Source of the DNA: Vicugna vicugna
Taxonomy: Eukaryota
Assembly (NCBI GenBank): GCA_013265495.1
Contig: MU058444.1
Span: 248,001 to 312,000, forward strand
Direction: 5' to 3'
DNA: 64,000 nucleotides
Of the stretch, positions 26,731 to 39,479 are shown piece after piece. Both the position numbers and the translations under genes were made by a program. Position 1 is the stretch's first letter. Each line of letters begins with the position of its first letter. A model generated the notes under the pieces. The model was given only the letters and a program-made list of their open reading frames with translations, was not told where the DNA came from and searched no databases.

Positions 26731-29145
26731 CCCAGTCTTACAAATAAGGATGCGTCCACACGTGGCGACCATCTGGAACGGAGCTTGGCACATGGTAGGC
26801 ACCTGCTGAGGAATGGCAGTGTCTTCAGCTCGTTAGTTACAGTGTTGCAGAGCGTGGAGCCTGGTACCCCGCGGTCATTCCTGCAGGTGGGCGACGAGCC
26901 CAGTGGCCAGCATCCTTCGCGCTGGCTTTGATTGTTCCGCCAGTTTCCCGTTCCCCGCTTTCCCCGCAGCCCGTCTCTGCATTTGTGCAGGGCACCGTGA
27001 GAGGTCTTCTCATACACCATGCTGAATTTCAGGTGCTCTCTTTAAGGACACAGGTAATTATTCAGGATGTCATGCGACAGGAAGAAAGGCAAGACATTGA
27101 CGTGTCCAGGCTTTAAAATCACAGTTGGATAAAACAGAACTTGGAGAGGTGAGGTAGATATGCCCCGGGGAGAGAGGAACAGGGCACCGCTGGGTGTCAG
27201 CACCACTGTTACGGGAGCCATGGGCTCGACTTCCGCATCCCGCGGTGGCAGCCACTCAGGGGGACCTCCTTAAGGACCTGTTGCTTCCCTCGGTCTCTCT
27301 CCAGGCGTCTGAGCTTGTTTTCTCTCTGTCCTTCAGGGAGCACTCAAGAATCTCTCACCTGCACCAGGCTTTCTTTGAACGGTTGCAAGCCACATGATTC
27401 TTTTCCTCTGTTTTGTGCCTGTTGGAAGATGCAGCGTTCAGCTTGCAGAAGGTCACCCGTGTCACTGCTGGGCACCATTTGCGTGCCCCGTGGGTCCCCA
27501 TGTTTCTGCCTCGCTGGCATCTGCTTTTCCTCCATGGATGGATCCGAGTGTGACTGTCCTGGGCTCCTTCCTCCGTAAGAATATTACCAGCTATGCTTTA
27601 TGACAGTAATGGACGAATATAATCCAAGCTGGATTCATTAGGATTATATTGTTTTTTTTTTCCTTTTTATCTTAAAAGGAATGAGAACATTCTTGAGGGC
27701 TCTCAGAGTATCCTGGGCCCGCGGCCCTGGGCTGGCCAGTGTTGGAAGGCTCAGAGACTCTGCCCCGAGAGCTGCCTCCTCCTGGAGGGCCACCTGATTT
27801 CTGGTGGCTGTACCTCCCCGTTTTCCATCCTCGTTTACTCCGAGAATATTGGATGGTCCTGATGGCCGTCTAAGAAGGTGCTCTTCCCTTCTTCATCCCC
27901 TCTCTCTGCTTTCTTCCAGGCTGTTGTGCCTTGGTGGCCGTTCTCAGATTCTCTGCAGATTCCTGCCCAAGTAAAGACGGCTGTAAAGGGGCTGTTTTTT
28001 TCACTAACCGCTCCGGCCTGTTGCAAGGCCGACTTTGGAAAGACATCAAGGTTAATGCTTTTGCCTTCTAATTTGAGGCTCTTAACATATTTAAAAAAAA
28101 TTTTTTTTAATGTTGTGAGATCGTTCTGTTCTTTTCCATTTTGAATGGAGCCCACCAAAAGTATTTCGGTCTTGTCAATGATTACTTTGAAATGAAACTC
28201 ATGAAACAGGATATAATTTACTGGGCTTGTCATGAATTGAGAGCCCGTTTTTCTCTTTGTCGTGACCCTAGCTGTGTGTTTCCAGGGCTTGCTAAGAGCA
28301 GCTCATCTGCTGGTAAAGGTAAGCAGGACGGCTCCTGGACAAGGAGAACACAGCGATCCCCAGAGCAGGGCTGCAGAGGAGTGGGGGGGAGGCGGCAGTG
28401 GCGAAGACTGAGACACCACAGTTCAGACTTGCCTCTGGAGTATTGAAACCAGTGGGCAGCCCTCAAGTCAGGGCCCACAAGAAGCCGGGGGAAGTACGTT
28501 GGGGTGAAGTCCAGCCTTGGAGTGGGAGAGGTCAGGGAGAAAGAGGATGAGGCTTATCCCATCAGCCTTGCTGTCACCCCATCAGGAGGGTGGCTTTGGC
28601 ATTTGGAAAGCCAGACACATTGTTGGCATTTCCAGCGTGCTCACAAGTAAGCCACATGGATGGAGCCGTGAAGGCGAGGCTTCCTCAGTGTGGCCAGAGA
28701 CTGCGAGTTGCCAGTGGGTGGCCGGGCAGGAGCCAGGTCCTTGCTGGGCACATGGACAGTGGACGGGTGGTTCGGTATTCTGTGGTTCACTCTGAATTAT
28801 CAGCCACCTCCTCTGCCACTGGCAAAGTGTTGAAATCCCATCGACTGTAACTAAATCCCGTCACTTCATTTTCCCGTCCTCGGTCCTGGTGGGACTTGCT
28901 GCTGCATCCCGGCAGGGCAGGATGGCTGCACAGAGGACTCCTCCGTCCCTCTTGTCCTCACCCTTGCAGACATTTAATCCACATGTGTATTCTTGGGACA
29001 CTTGAGTGTGTTCCCTTCCGGGGGGGAGGCTGAGCCCAGGGGAGGTGGGATATTCTCTGTCCCGTGTTGCTCGCGGTGACCACGCCAGCCTCACCAGGAC
29101 CTGCCATTCCCGCTTGTAATGCTGTTCTTGTCCGTCTGGTGTACC

Positions 29146-29318
29146 TTTTATTTATTTGATTGTTTTATTTTACTTTATTAAATTTTTTTTTTGTTTTTGA
29201 TGGGGGAGGTAATTAGGTTTATTTATTTATATTTATTTTTTTAATGGAGATACTGGGGATTGAACCCGGGACCTTGTGCATGCAAACACATGCTCTACCA
29301 CTGAGCTGTCCCCTCCCC
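29146..29318 (-). mobile_element. tRNA-Ala-derived camelid SINE (Vic-1-like)
   Basis: gggggaggtaattaggtttattt...tactggggattgaacccgggaccttgtgcatgc...ctaccactgagct...cctcccc is the reverse complement of a tRNA-Ala(AGC)-like head plus an aaacctaattacctcccc tail. Confidence 0.88.
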
Positions 29319-31759
29319 TGAGACTTGTTTTTCAGACTTAAAAACAGAACAAGAACCTTCTAATCGCATGGAAAGTACTGATAGGAATCCATTAAAATTC
29401 CATATTTGTAAGTTGCTTGTTACTCCTGAGGGAGGGCACGGATCCTTTCAAAAAGACCTCAATGTATTGCAGCCCGTGGCCTCGTGGCAAAGCCATGTTG
29501 ATGCTGCCGCCTGGCCAGACTCTTTCTTTTCTCCTTCCTTCCAGTACCGTGAAAAGTTGTGCTTCGTTTTTGCCACCTGACCTGGCCAGTGCTTCCTGAT
29601 TTTCCTTCTCATTCACCTGGCGGGGGTGGGGTGGGGGGCTGTGACATCACGTTCTGGTGAGTTTGGACGCCGAATTCTGATCCCCTGGTAAGCTGCCAGT
29701 TGCTTCGCTGCCTCTTGCAAATGCCGTACGTGGTGCTAGTTAATTACAGGCCAGAGTGAGCATCACCAGCTGTTCTCTCAGAACCCGGGTGCATTTTGAG
29801 TGGGAGGCAGAGCAGGCACAGGGAAACTGTAGTTGCAGAGTCTTAGGGTCAAGTTGCCACCTCCTAGGTCAACCACCCGTCTAATTCCCCGGTGCCATCA
29901 CGGAACTGCAGTGAAGTAGTCCCCTGGCCTGTGCTTGGGCAGGGAGCTCGCTGTATCCCCAGCACATTTTAGTTCAGTATATAGACGGGCCTTTTTCTTC
30001 CTGTGGTTTCCCTTTGGTTTCCATTTGTCCAGCCATCAGATTCCCGAGCCCTTCTGCCTGGAGATCACGCATTAGCAGGTCTGAGGCGGGGCCTCGGAGT
30101 CCACGTACTTACGGAACGCCCCAGTAATTCCTAAAACCCGTGGCTTTGGTTCTCTCTGTTTGGACAGCAAAGCTGCACCCTGGGCAGGGGTTGTGGGTGT
30201 GGGGCTGAGGATGCTTGCAAAGCAGAGCTGGGCACCAGACATCCCGAGTGGGAACTTGGAATTCATCTTCTAATCCATGCTTTATTAAAAAAAACAGTCA
30301 AAACACTGTCGCGTCGCGTCTCGTCCCTGGACACGTCAACTGTCTGGGGTGTGGCAGACCTGTGGGAGGTTCCCAGGGACACTCGTCACCACAGAGGGCG
30401 TCTTCACCTGGTGAGGGGGCAGAGACAAGATGCTTTGGGAAGCAGTTTTCACTTTGCCCAGGTGATGGGGTAAAAAGGAGAGGTTGGGGCCTTTGGGGTA
30501 AGATGTTGGTAGCCAGAGAAAGGTGTTGGGGACAGTTGGGGCCTGCTGGGTAGCAGACGATTCCTGGGGCCAGACAGGCCACTGAGAAGTCATGGGCAGA
30601 GGTTGGACCGGACGTGGGACTTGCAGACAGAGAAGCTGGGTGTGAGGTGTGGCTTACGTGCCCTGGTATCCTTCTGAAGTTCAGTTCAGTTCATTTCACT
30701 GATTGCTCACTGATTGCTCTGTTGTGAGATGTGAGGGAGCACTTGATATGCTGCCAAAACCTATGGAAATGTTAATGGTTATACACGCTCCAAGGTTAGG
30801 AGCGCCCCTCCGGAGTACGTGCTTGGTTCTGCACGCACCAGTCGGCCGCTGGAGGCTGCGGGGAGACGCGTCTGTACTCCTGGGGGTCAACTCAGTCCCA
30901 CGTGTAGTGCTGCTCCCGTGTGGGCGGGGGAGCCTTCCAGGCATCCACTTCTGACCTCACATGTGTTTTTGGAACATCACCCGTCCGAGTGGGGAGGCTC
31001 TTGGTTCAAGGCCAAGGAGAAGAGACGTGGACGCTTTGTCTCACCTGCCTGCCTTCTTTTTCCTTCCTTTTTCATAATTCGCATCATGGGCTCCCCAGAA
31101 GGGAGCCCAGAGACCTATTTGAGACCCTTTGCTACTGGTTATCCTGGGGCCAGCCTGAAGGAGCGGTGCCCCAGGGCAACCCCTGGGATCCCCTTCCAGA
31201 GCTGTCTCCATGGACACTGCCCTCCTCCGGGCCCCCTCCCACCTGTGTGCCTCTGGCCCCAGGCTAGGCCCACCCTCAAGTCTGGACCAACTTGGATTCC
31301 ACTCCCTGGGTTACTGAGCCTCCCCCAGATCCTTCCAGCCCTGTCGTGTATGTTTCAGTTCACGCCTCTGCTTTGTTTTGTTTCTGATGATGTGATGAGC
31401 GGAAATACTTCTTTTGAAGTTACTTTGCTGTGTTTGGATTGTAGTGTGAGTACTTGGTAGACTGGGGCCACTGGACTCATTAACTGGTATTTAAGGTCTC
31501 TTCACCAGATCCTTTAAGCGTTTGGTCTCAGCCGTCTGTTGACTTGTGTGTGTGTGTGTCATGTCTTTCTGTTTGTGGTCTTTCTCTGCTTTCGAAAACA
31601 ATAGCAGTCTTAAAATGTCTGGGCATGATTCTTGTCTAGCTCTTGACTCCATCCTCACGGTGTAATCCGAGGGCAGCAAGATGTTATCATTGGACCTAAA
31701 TTTCTTACACTTGAAAAGCTTGAGTAGCTTGGATACATAGGAGGCGTGGTTTATGGTGG

Positions 31760-31990
31760 TGTAACAGTAATAATTACAGCTAACATTTGTTAAACTTTTC
31801 TCACGTAGGCACTGCTCTAAATGCTTGACCTGTGTTCACTCATGTAAGTGTCACCACAATTCTGTGAGGGACAGGGACTGTTATCACCCCCTCTGACAGA
31901 TGAAGAAACTGGGGCACAGAGAGGTTAAGCTGCTTTCGTGAGGTCACACAGACAGCCGGTAACTGCAGACTTCAGACTCCACAGTGCTTC
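31760..31990 (-). mobile_element. MIR SINE
   Basis: acagctaacatttg...gacagatgaagaaactggggcacagagaggttaagctgctttcgtgaggtcacacag. Confidence 0.8.
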
Positions 31991-32019
31991 TTGGCCCTGC
32001 TGTTTATGGTAGACAGGGA

Positions 32020-32200
32020 GGGACTTTGGACGTGAGTTTGAATCCTGGCGCTGACACACCTGTGTAAACTGGGCCCAGGTGTGTCACCTGTCCATGCTGC
32101 AGTTTCATTATTTGTGAAATGACAGTAGTGGCCAGGAGTAGGGTGGTTTTTAAGATTCAGGGAGGTGAGGTTTGCAGAGCCTCGTACCTGGTGCGTTAAA
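32020..32200 (+). mobile_element. MIR SINE (diverged)
   Basis: gagtttgaatcctggcgctgacac...gcagtttcattatttgtgaaatg. Confidence 0.55.
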
Positions 32201-33876
32201 GACCCTGCTTCTTAGTTTAGAACCGCTTTTGTGAAAAGTAAGAGTGTTGAAAGTTTTTGCAGTCAGACTTTCAAAGTCCACTCTGGTAATGCAGCATTTT
32301 AATCTGAAATTGCTTTGACCTATGCCTGCGCCATGTTCTTCCTTAAAAGAAGTTTTTGCTGTGTAGTCAGCCAGTGGTGCCAGGCTGTGGAAGGTGCTTT
32401 CCAGAGAGACAAGGAGGTGGTGGTGTGGGGTCAGGCCAGCCCCCCCGCCCCGGGCTGCTGATGGGATGGTGTAGTGTGGGGTGAAGGAATGCCCTGGTTT
32501 CCTTCTGTCATGTGCATCTGGGTAAAAAGCTGGACTCCGGGCTGGGAGCTGGAGGCCGGGGAAGTGTTGGCACAGAAGCCATCAGGCCCCCAAAGCTGCC
32601 TGCAGAAATTGCCCCAGGGGCTTATGGGGAATGGTTCATGCCATTGTACCTGGACACCTGGGAGCTCTGGCTTGTCTCCTGGATGTCCAGGAGCTGAGTG
32701 GAGGCAGCTGTCTCTCATACTTTCCTTTGGGATCCCTTCAGGAGTTCTCTTTTTCTCCAATGTTCTTTTTGGCCCCAAGAGAGATTTCCGGCCCCGAGCA
32801 CTCTTGAGGTGATGCACCGAGTGAGTGCTTATCCCGGGGCAGCAAGCAGCTGGCCAGCAGCGCGTGCACGCCGCTGGGACTTCTCTGCAGGGTTTGGTGA
32901 TGATGGACGAGCCGCGTCCTCAGATGCCGAGCTTTGCGAGTGGAGCGGCCGGGACGTGGGCCTCGGGGCCCCGCCCCGCATCCCTGCACGTTCTGATGTT
33001 AAACAGACACTAGGCACGTCCGGGTGGCCCTTCACTACGCTTGCTGGTAAACAGCAAAAATAAAATGTAAAGAATGTCGAAAAGGGCAGCCCGAAGAAGT
33101 GGCAGTGAGAGAGCTCTGCCCGTCCCCCTGGCTCTGAAAGCCTTTCATCAGAAGGAGCTGCCGACCATGGGGGTCGCGCGCTTTCCGCTGGGCCCTCATG
33201 GCTTCTCTCATTCCTTCGACAGTGGGGCAGTTCAGAGAGCTTTCCGCGTTAGGCCTGGGGTTTGCAGTTCTTCATCTGGATTAACGTTAGAATTTAATAC
33301 CCAGTTCAGTTTGTGAGACTAAAGTGTGGCGATCAGCGTGAGCTCTGTTGTGTTTTTGCAAAACTGTTTGTGAGTTGCTAGGGAATCTGCTCTTGGTTTT
33401 TTCCATCTTGCTTTTCACTCGGCTGTGTGGGTCGGCCAGGAGGAAACGGCGTGAGCTTAGAGTATGAGAAGTTTAAACACGAGAGAGAGTCTGTTTTGAA
33501 GATGCATGGGCCGTTCTTATAGGAGCTTTAAGCACGTTGGAACCTAGGCCTGTCTAGGTGGACAGACACGCTTGTACTAATGTCCCTGAACTACGCAATT
33601 TTAATCTTAAACTGTGATGATAGAAATGCCCAAATATATGTCGTAGCTCCTGTGTGTTTGGAATCTATTAGAAAATGTTTTGGGGTGCATTTAAACCCTT
33701 CTCCACTTTTAAGGTCGACAGTGATCACTGTATTTCTAAATGCCTGAAATCTGGTTAGAGCCCTGCAGTGACCTCTTCCTCTGTGCAAAGACCGAATTGT
33801 GTATTTAAATTGTTTGGAGTCCAGTGAGGCTTCAGCAGGTGTGTGTCCTATGTTTGGGTTATTTCTTCTCTTGGGT

Positions 33877-33975
33877 TTGCTATATTGCAAATATATACGT
33901 ATTTTATATTGCAAATATTTATATATAATTGCTATATATAATATGTATATATAAGTATACTTTTTTGTTTTTTTA
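33877..33975. repeat. AT-rich low-complexity tract with a duplicated tatattgcaaatat motif
   Basis: tatattgcaaatat occurs twice (~33881 and ~33905) within TA-rich sequence. Confidence 0.75.
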
Positions 33976-35441
33976 AACATTTATTAGTTTATTGTTTCTA
34001 CAAAATGCATTAGTCATCATTTAAATATCTGACATCATTAGAAAGCATTTTAACATTTTTTCCCCCTCCTGCCATAAAAACACACTAAGTAATTTGCTTA
34101 AAAAAAAAAGCTATGAATAAGTGTTCCGGTTTCCTCTCCCTCACGTAATACATACCTCAGTGACAGCCGTTTGTGTATTAATAACACAGTGGGCTGAAGG
34201 CTGAGCTTCAGATGCTCTTCCCCTTCCAAGTACGGTGTGTATGTACATAAACACACATCTGTACACCGAGCAGTTATGTACATGGTGCTATACTTGTTAA
34301 TGCACTCCCTCCTCTTTCGGAAAAGTCCTTCGACAATTCCTTGAAACAAACCCTCCAAAATAAATATGATGCCCTGATGACTCCTGCTGCAGGGCTGACC
34401 CCAGGCAGTGGCGTGTTGGACATGGATTTTGGGCTGTAATGTGTCGAATAAACGAGTGAGTCCAGCCCCCCTCCACCGCCAGCCCTTCAACATCTCTTGA
34501 CGGTGGTTTAAAACAGTGTGGTCCTCGGAAGCGTTACTGAGAACGAGAGACGACGTCCTCTTTTTCCCCCTTTACGTGTAATTAGGTTGCAGTCAGTGTC
34601 GCCTGGGGAGACTATGGGTCGTTCCTTTATTTTGTTTTGATTTAATTTATCTCAAATCACGTTGATGGGCGTTCTGAAATTCCTACCCTAAAGTCAAATG
34701 TTTTGTGAGTTTTTTAAACATGTCTCATCCTTTGGGTCTCTCACCTGCCTCTCTGTTAGGGGCCCAGGATCTTGACCCCAGGCCCGCACATCCTCTGTCC
34801 ACATATGACCACACACAGGGCCTCTCGTGCCAACCAGAGAGTGAAGCAGGTGCTCCCTTTCTCACTGGAGGGCCGGGTGTGGAAGCGGGTCCCTGGGCAG
34901 GTGGTGTCCGGCAGCCCAGGGTGGACCGGCTCGTGTTCTTTCAGTTCCACCAGGACTGCCCTGCTGCTGGGTAATGGCTCCTCCTTTGCCTCCAAAAGTA
35001 GACCGAGCCTTTTTTTTTTTTTAATATGCCTTTTAAAAAAACTTATGAATTAGTTTATTAAGAAGCAAAAATGTTGATGTAAGTAGGTCTAAGAGCCTAT
35101 CCTTCTACAGAAATATAAAAAAAATCCGGAAAAGCTGTCCAAATCACGTTTGTCAGAACTCTGAAAAACTGTCCAAAGCTTATAGCAACCAAGGCAATCT
35201 TACTGCCTTCTGTAGATTCTTATTTTGTAGCTGGCTTTATTCCTTTGATAACTATGTAAGTTTAAAAAGCTAAAGATCTAATCTCTTCTTAGAAACAGTA
35301 ATTAGTACATATATGTAAACTAAAAAAAAGTGCGGAGTACTGTGTATATGTATTTCAATGCAATATAATGAGCATGTGCCGTCAAACTAATAATTCTACA
35401 TAATAAAACTGAAAAAGAGAAAAAAATAAAATAAAAGTTGT

Positions 35442-35550
35442 TTTAAAATTGAAGTAGAGTTGATTTACAATGTTGTGTTAGTTTCTGGTGTACAGCACAG
35501 TGATTCAGTTATTCATATATATATTCTTTTCCATTATAGGTTATTACCAG
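35442..35550 (-). mobile_element. L1 extreme 3' tail, antisense
   Basis: ttgaagtagagttgatttacaatgttgtgttagtttctggtgtacagcacagtgattcagttat...ccattataggttatta. Confidence 0.85.
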
Positions 35551-36108
35551 CTATTTCTATGCCTTTTTCTCTCTGTCATATTATAAACTTGTGTCACATT
35601 TCTGCCTGCTGCCTCCCGTGTCCCTTTCGGCCTTCCCCGTTGCCTAGGGTTTTATCTGGAGTTACTCCTCCAGCCCCAGGATCCTCTTGGAGTTACTCAT
35701 TGTCTTATCTGCCCGGATTTCTTCCTTTTCAGGGCTGCTGTCTCTGCAGTACCGCTGTGTGCACTTACATGCGGGCTCGTTAGCTCGTTCTTTCCCTTCC
35801 TGCAGCATCAGGACCATCCTAGTGTTACCCATCCCAGCCCCTCCCCCTTCCCGTGACTTTGCTTCACTTAGCTAATTAGAATACAGTTGCACAAATGTTC
35901 TGTTTGTGAGTTACCTGAGCACTTACTACTTTGTGGTCCTCTAACGTGGCTGTGCTTTGGAATTTCCCTGCTAGAATGTTGTTAACTGGCAGCAGTGTTG
36001 GGGGAGCCACTAAATGTTGCAAAAACCTCAATTTCCTCATCCGTGAACTGGAGGTAAAACACTTTACCTAATTGGTGCATAGAGGAATTCAGTTAAATAA
36101 AAGTGTCT

Positions 36109-36695
36109 ACAAAAACTCCAATTCGAAAGGATACGTGCACCTCAATGTTCACAGCAGCACTATTTACAATAGCCAAGACATGGAAACAACCTAAATGTCC
36201 ATTGACAATGACTGGGTAAAGAAGTCGTGGTATATTTTTACAATGGAGTACTACTCAGCCATAAAAAAGAATAAAATAATGCTATTTGCAGCAACATGAA
36301 TGGACCTGGAGATTGTCATACTAAATGAAGTAAGTCAAATAGAGAAAGATAAATATCATATGAGATCACTTATAGTGGAATCTTAAAAAATGAGACAAAT
36401 GTACTTATTTACAAGATAGAAACAGACTCACAGACATGGAAAGCAAATTTATGGTTACCAGGGGAGAAAAAGGGGGAGGGTTAACTTGGGATTTGGAATT
36501 AACAGACACACACCACCATGTATAAAACAGATAAACAACAAGGACCTACTGTATATATACCACAGGGAACTATACTCAATATCTTGTAATAACCTATAAT
36601 GGAAAAGAATCTGAAAAAGATTGTATGACTGAATCACTTTGCTGTGCACTTGAAACTAATATAACATTATAAATCAACTACACTTCAATAAAAAT
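36109..36695 (+). mobile_element. 5'-truncated L1 3' end with TSD, inserted into a MIR
   Basis: caatgttcacagcagcactatttacaatagccaagacatggaaacaacctaaatgtcc...aaatcaactacacttcaataaaa. TSD aaataaaagtgtct (36095-36108) / aaatcaaagtgtct (36692-36705). MIR core cctcaatttcctcatccgtgaa lies just upstream. Confidence 0.9.
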
Positions 36696-36787
36696 CAAAG
36701 TGTCTGTGTGTCCCTAGCCTAGTCTTTCATGACCAAAAGGGATCCATTCTTTATTGATTTCTACCAATTCTGTGCATGATTCGACAT

Positions 36788-36980
36788 CTTTTTTGAGATG
36801 TAATTCACATGCCATACAATTTGCCCATTTGAAGTGCACAATTCAGTGGTTTTTGGATGTTTGTGGAGTTGTGCAGCCATTACCATGATTAATTTTAGAG
36901 TGTCTCCATCACCCTGCAAGGAACCTCATACCCATTAGCAGTAATTTCCCGTTTCCTAGGCAACCACTAATCTACTTTCC
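36788..36980 (-). mobile_element. Old L1M(B) 3' UTR fragment
   Basis: ttgagatgtaattcacatgccatacaatt...gagttgtgcagccattacc...ctaggcaaccactaatctactttc. Confidence 0.75.
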
Positions 36981-37127
36981 GTAATTTTATGCATTTTTAC
37001 CATCATGCTTATTATATTGAGTGCTAATAGGATTTTCATGTTTCTTATGGTACATTGAAGGTATTTTGAAATGCAGTCCTAATATTTTTAGAACTGAAAA
37101 GAGCCCTCTGACCGTTTAATGCTTACT

Positions 37128-37207
37128 TCTTTTTTTTCTTTTAATTGAAGTACCATCAATTACAGTGTGTCAATTTCGGGTGTAGAGCATAATGTTCCTG
37201 TCATGCT
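37128..37207 (-). mobile_element. Very short L1 3' tail
   Basis: Poly(T) then aattgaagtaccatcaattacagtgtgtcaatttcgggtgtagagcataatg, the antisense of the tail seen at ~58880-58935. Confidence 0.6.
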
Positions 37208-37599
37208 TATTTCTTACACAAGGAAATGGAGGACCAGAGAAGTCAAGTGACTCACCCAGGAGCATACCCATTCCCCTCTTCTTTACCAAAACACACTAAA
37301 AAAGTGTCTTATTAACACTTATTTCATCAGTAGTTCTTATTTTTGAGTGTTTGCTAAAACCATTTCAAATTCAAATTTGGGTGTGAGATATGCTTGTTTG
37401 AATTCTCTGCTTTAGCCAATGGATCTTTTTAATATTTTATGAATATTTCTTGGGTTTTTCCCTTTATTATAACTTTCTCATGTATCAAAAATCTTGTCAA
37501 TCAATGTTTATTCATAATATTAATGTATTTTTCTGTTTAACTTTCCTTTAGAAAAATCATTACTCTGTGATTAACCATAGAATTTGCTGGGATAATCTG

Positions 37600-38012
37600 T
37601 GTAGTTTTTACATGGCACACCTGAGGATTCTATGCCATCTTGTGGTAGAGCATTTACTCTACCAGATTTCCCCAAGAGTCCTCACAGACTCTTTGCCTCT
37701 TTCAGACGCTGCTCAGAGAGCTTTGTATAAGAAGCCATACTATCATAAGGGAGAGGAAAGAGGCCTGTGGAGAACAGAGGGGCTCCAGCTGGTGCTGGCA
37801 CTGCTGCCAGACTGGAAGAGTGAGACCAGGGGGGATCTCCACCCCTTCTGACCCTCTAGCTGAGTGTAATTGCATGAGTGAGGTCAGGTGAAAAGAGCAG
37901 AGGAACTGCCCAGGCACCCCATGGAAATGTGAGAAGAGAAAAAAACTTGTGTTGTTTTTCAGTCACCAAGTTTGGGATGATTTGTTATGCAGCAGTGGCT
38001 GACTATGATACA
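37600..38012 (+). mobile_element. MaLR MLT1-type solo LTR
   Basis: Ends with the MLT1 terminus ...ccaagtttgggatgatttgttatgcagcagtggctgactatgataca. Internal motif gcagaggaactgcccag. Confidence 0.7.
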
Positions 38013-39479
38013 CACAGGTGCCAGTGTTGTAGAGACATTGAGATGATTAGAGACTGTAATCCAGAAGAAGGGTTTATAAGCTTGTTGAGTTTTCTTCCCT
38101 GACTATCTGAGGAAGTCAAAAACTTGAAGGTTTAATGAATCTTAGTGGCTTGTGTCTGTATTATAAGAATACAGTTAATTTAAAGCATTTGGATGCCAAA
38201 TTAAGATCCCATCAGGATAATAAGAGAAGGATTGAGGAGTTACTGTTTTCATCTTAGGATGCTGTCAGAGAGGATTGTTTTTCCATCCGGTATGTGCTTC
38301 CCCAGTTGAATAAAGAGTGTTTGTGGCAGGCTTTCTTTGAGGATGCTTTTAACATGCAGAACAAAACTTAAATTTGCTTGCCATTGGAATTTCTATTGGA
38401 TGGGGAGCTTTGTAGGCTGTCATTTCCCCCAGTGTAAACCTAACTTATTATTCACTGTAGATCTGAGTCTCTAATTGACTTGATTTCTCATATGATTTCT
38501 GACTGGTCCCTGAATGTATGGCTTTGGGGATGGTTTTTGTGCTGTTGCTATTATGCCTTTCCTGGAAAACAAAGTGAGCTTTTCATGCTTGAGTAAACAC
38601 ACGGATGCATTATGAAACTGTCAGACTCTCGGAACAATTGGCATAAGCTCAGTTATTCAAATGTGACTCTTTTGAATGGCTTTTGTGTCAGCTAATGCTT
38701 TAATATAATGCAGCCTAAGGAAATGTCAGTACCTTTCCTTAAGAAATTAAATTTCAGCTCTACGATTAAAGAAATCCAAAGGATTAGACCTTTTGTTGAG
38801 CACTTTCGTTATCATATGCAGCTAATTGGTAGCATTCATTTGCTGAGATGCATAGTTCATTTTATTTTGAAATGTCTTTCCTTTTTTTTCCCTTAAAAAA
38901 ATAAAGTTGTTCATGCCTTTCGTTTATCGCCCTGCACAACTTCCACACCCCCACAACCCTGCCCCGCTATGATCCCTTCCCCGCACGCACACCTTGTTTT
39001 TTCACATAGTGTACCTGCCATCTTGTTTTCTTTTTAAATTCTATTTGCATCGTAAGTCTTTTTCAAGTTCAGTGGTGTTTATAGTGATCGATTTTGTTCT
39101 TTGCTTACTAGTGAATTACTAGTGGTATGCTAATCATTTCCCTTCTTTGACATGTTTTTCATTTTTAGTGGTGAGAATGTGAAGGCATATTATACATCGT
39201 AGCATGTTGTTCTTATCTACAAATATTTCATTGATGAGAACGGATGCCCCAAAGTATTGTTCTTATGTCAATGGACTTGAAAACTTGTTATGGTTTGTGT
39301 ATTGCCCGACTGATTTCTAAAAAGAGGATAACTTCTTTTTGATTATAGAAGTTACAATCCCTTGTACCCAGAAAAGAAAAAAAAAAGATGAAGCTTATTA
39401 AATGCGAGCATCCTTCAAAATTATCATGTGGAGCGCCCTGTACTCTTAGCAGAGCCTTTTTCCTTTATAGATTCAAGTT

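Noticed and set aside
30819..31460. 213-aa ORF (also 19685-20305 and 46912-47484)
   Set aside because: No recognisable domain or homology, mostly non-ATG starts, and composition typical of GC-rich intron.
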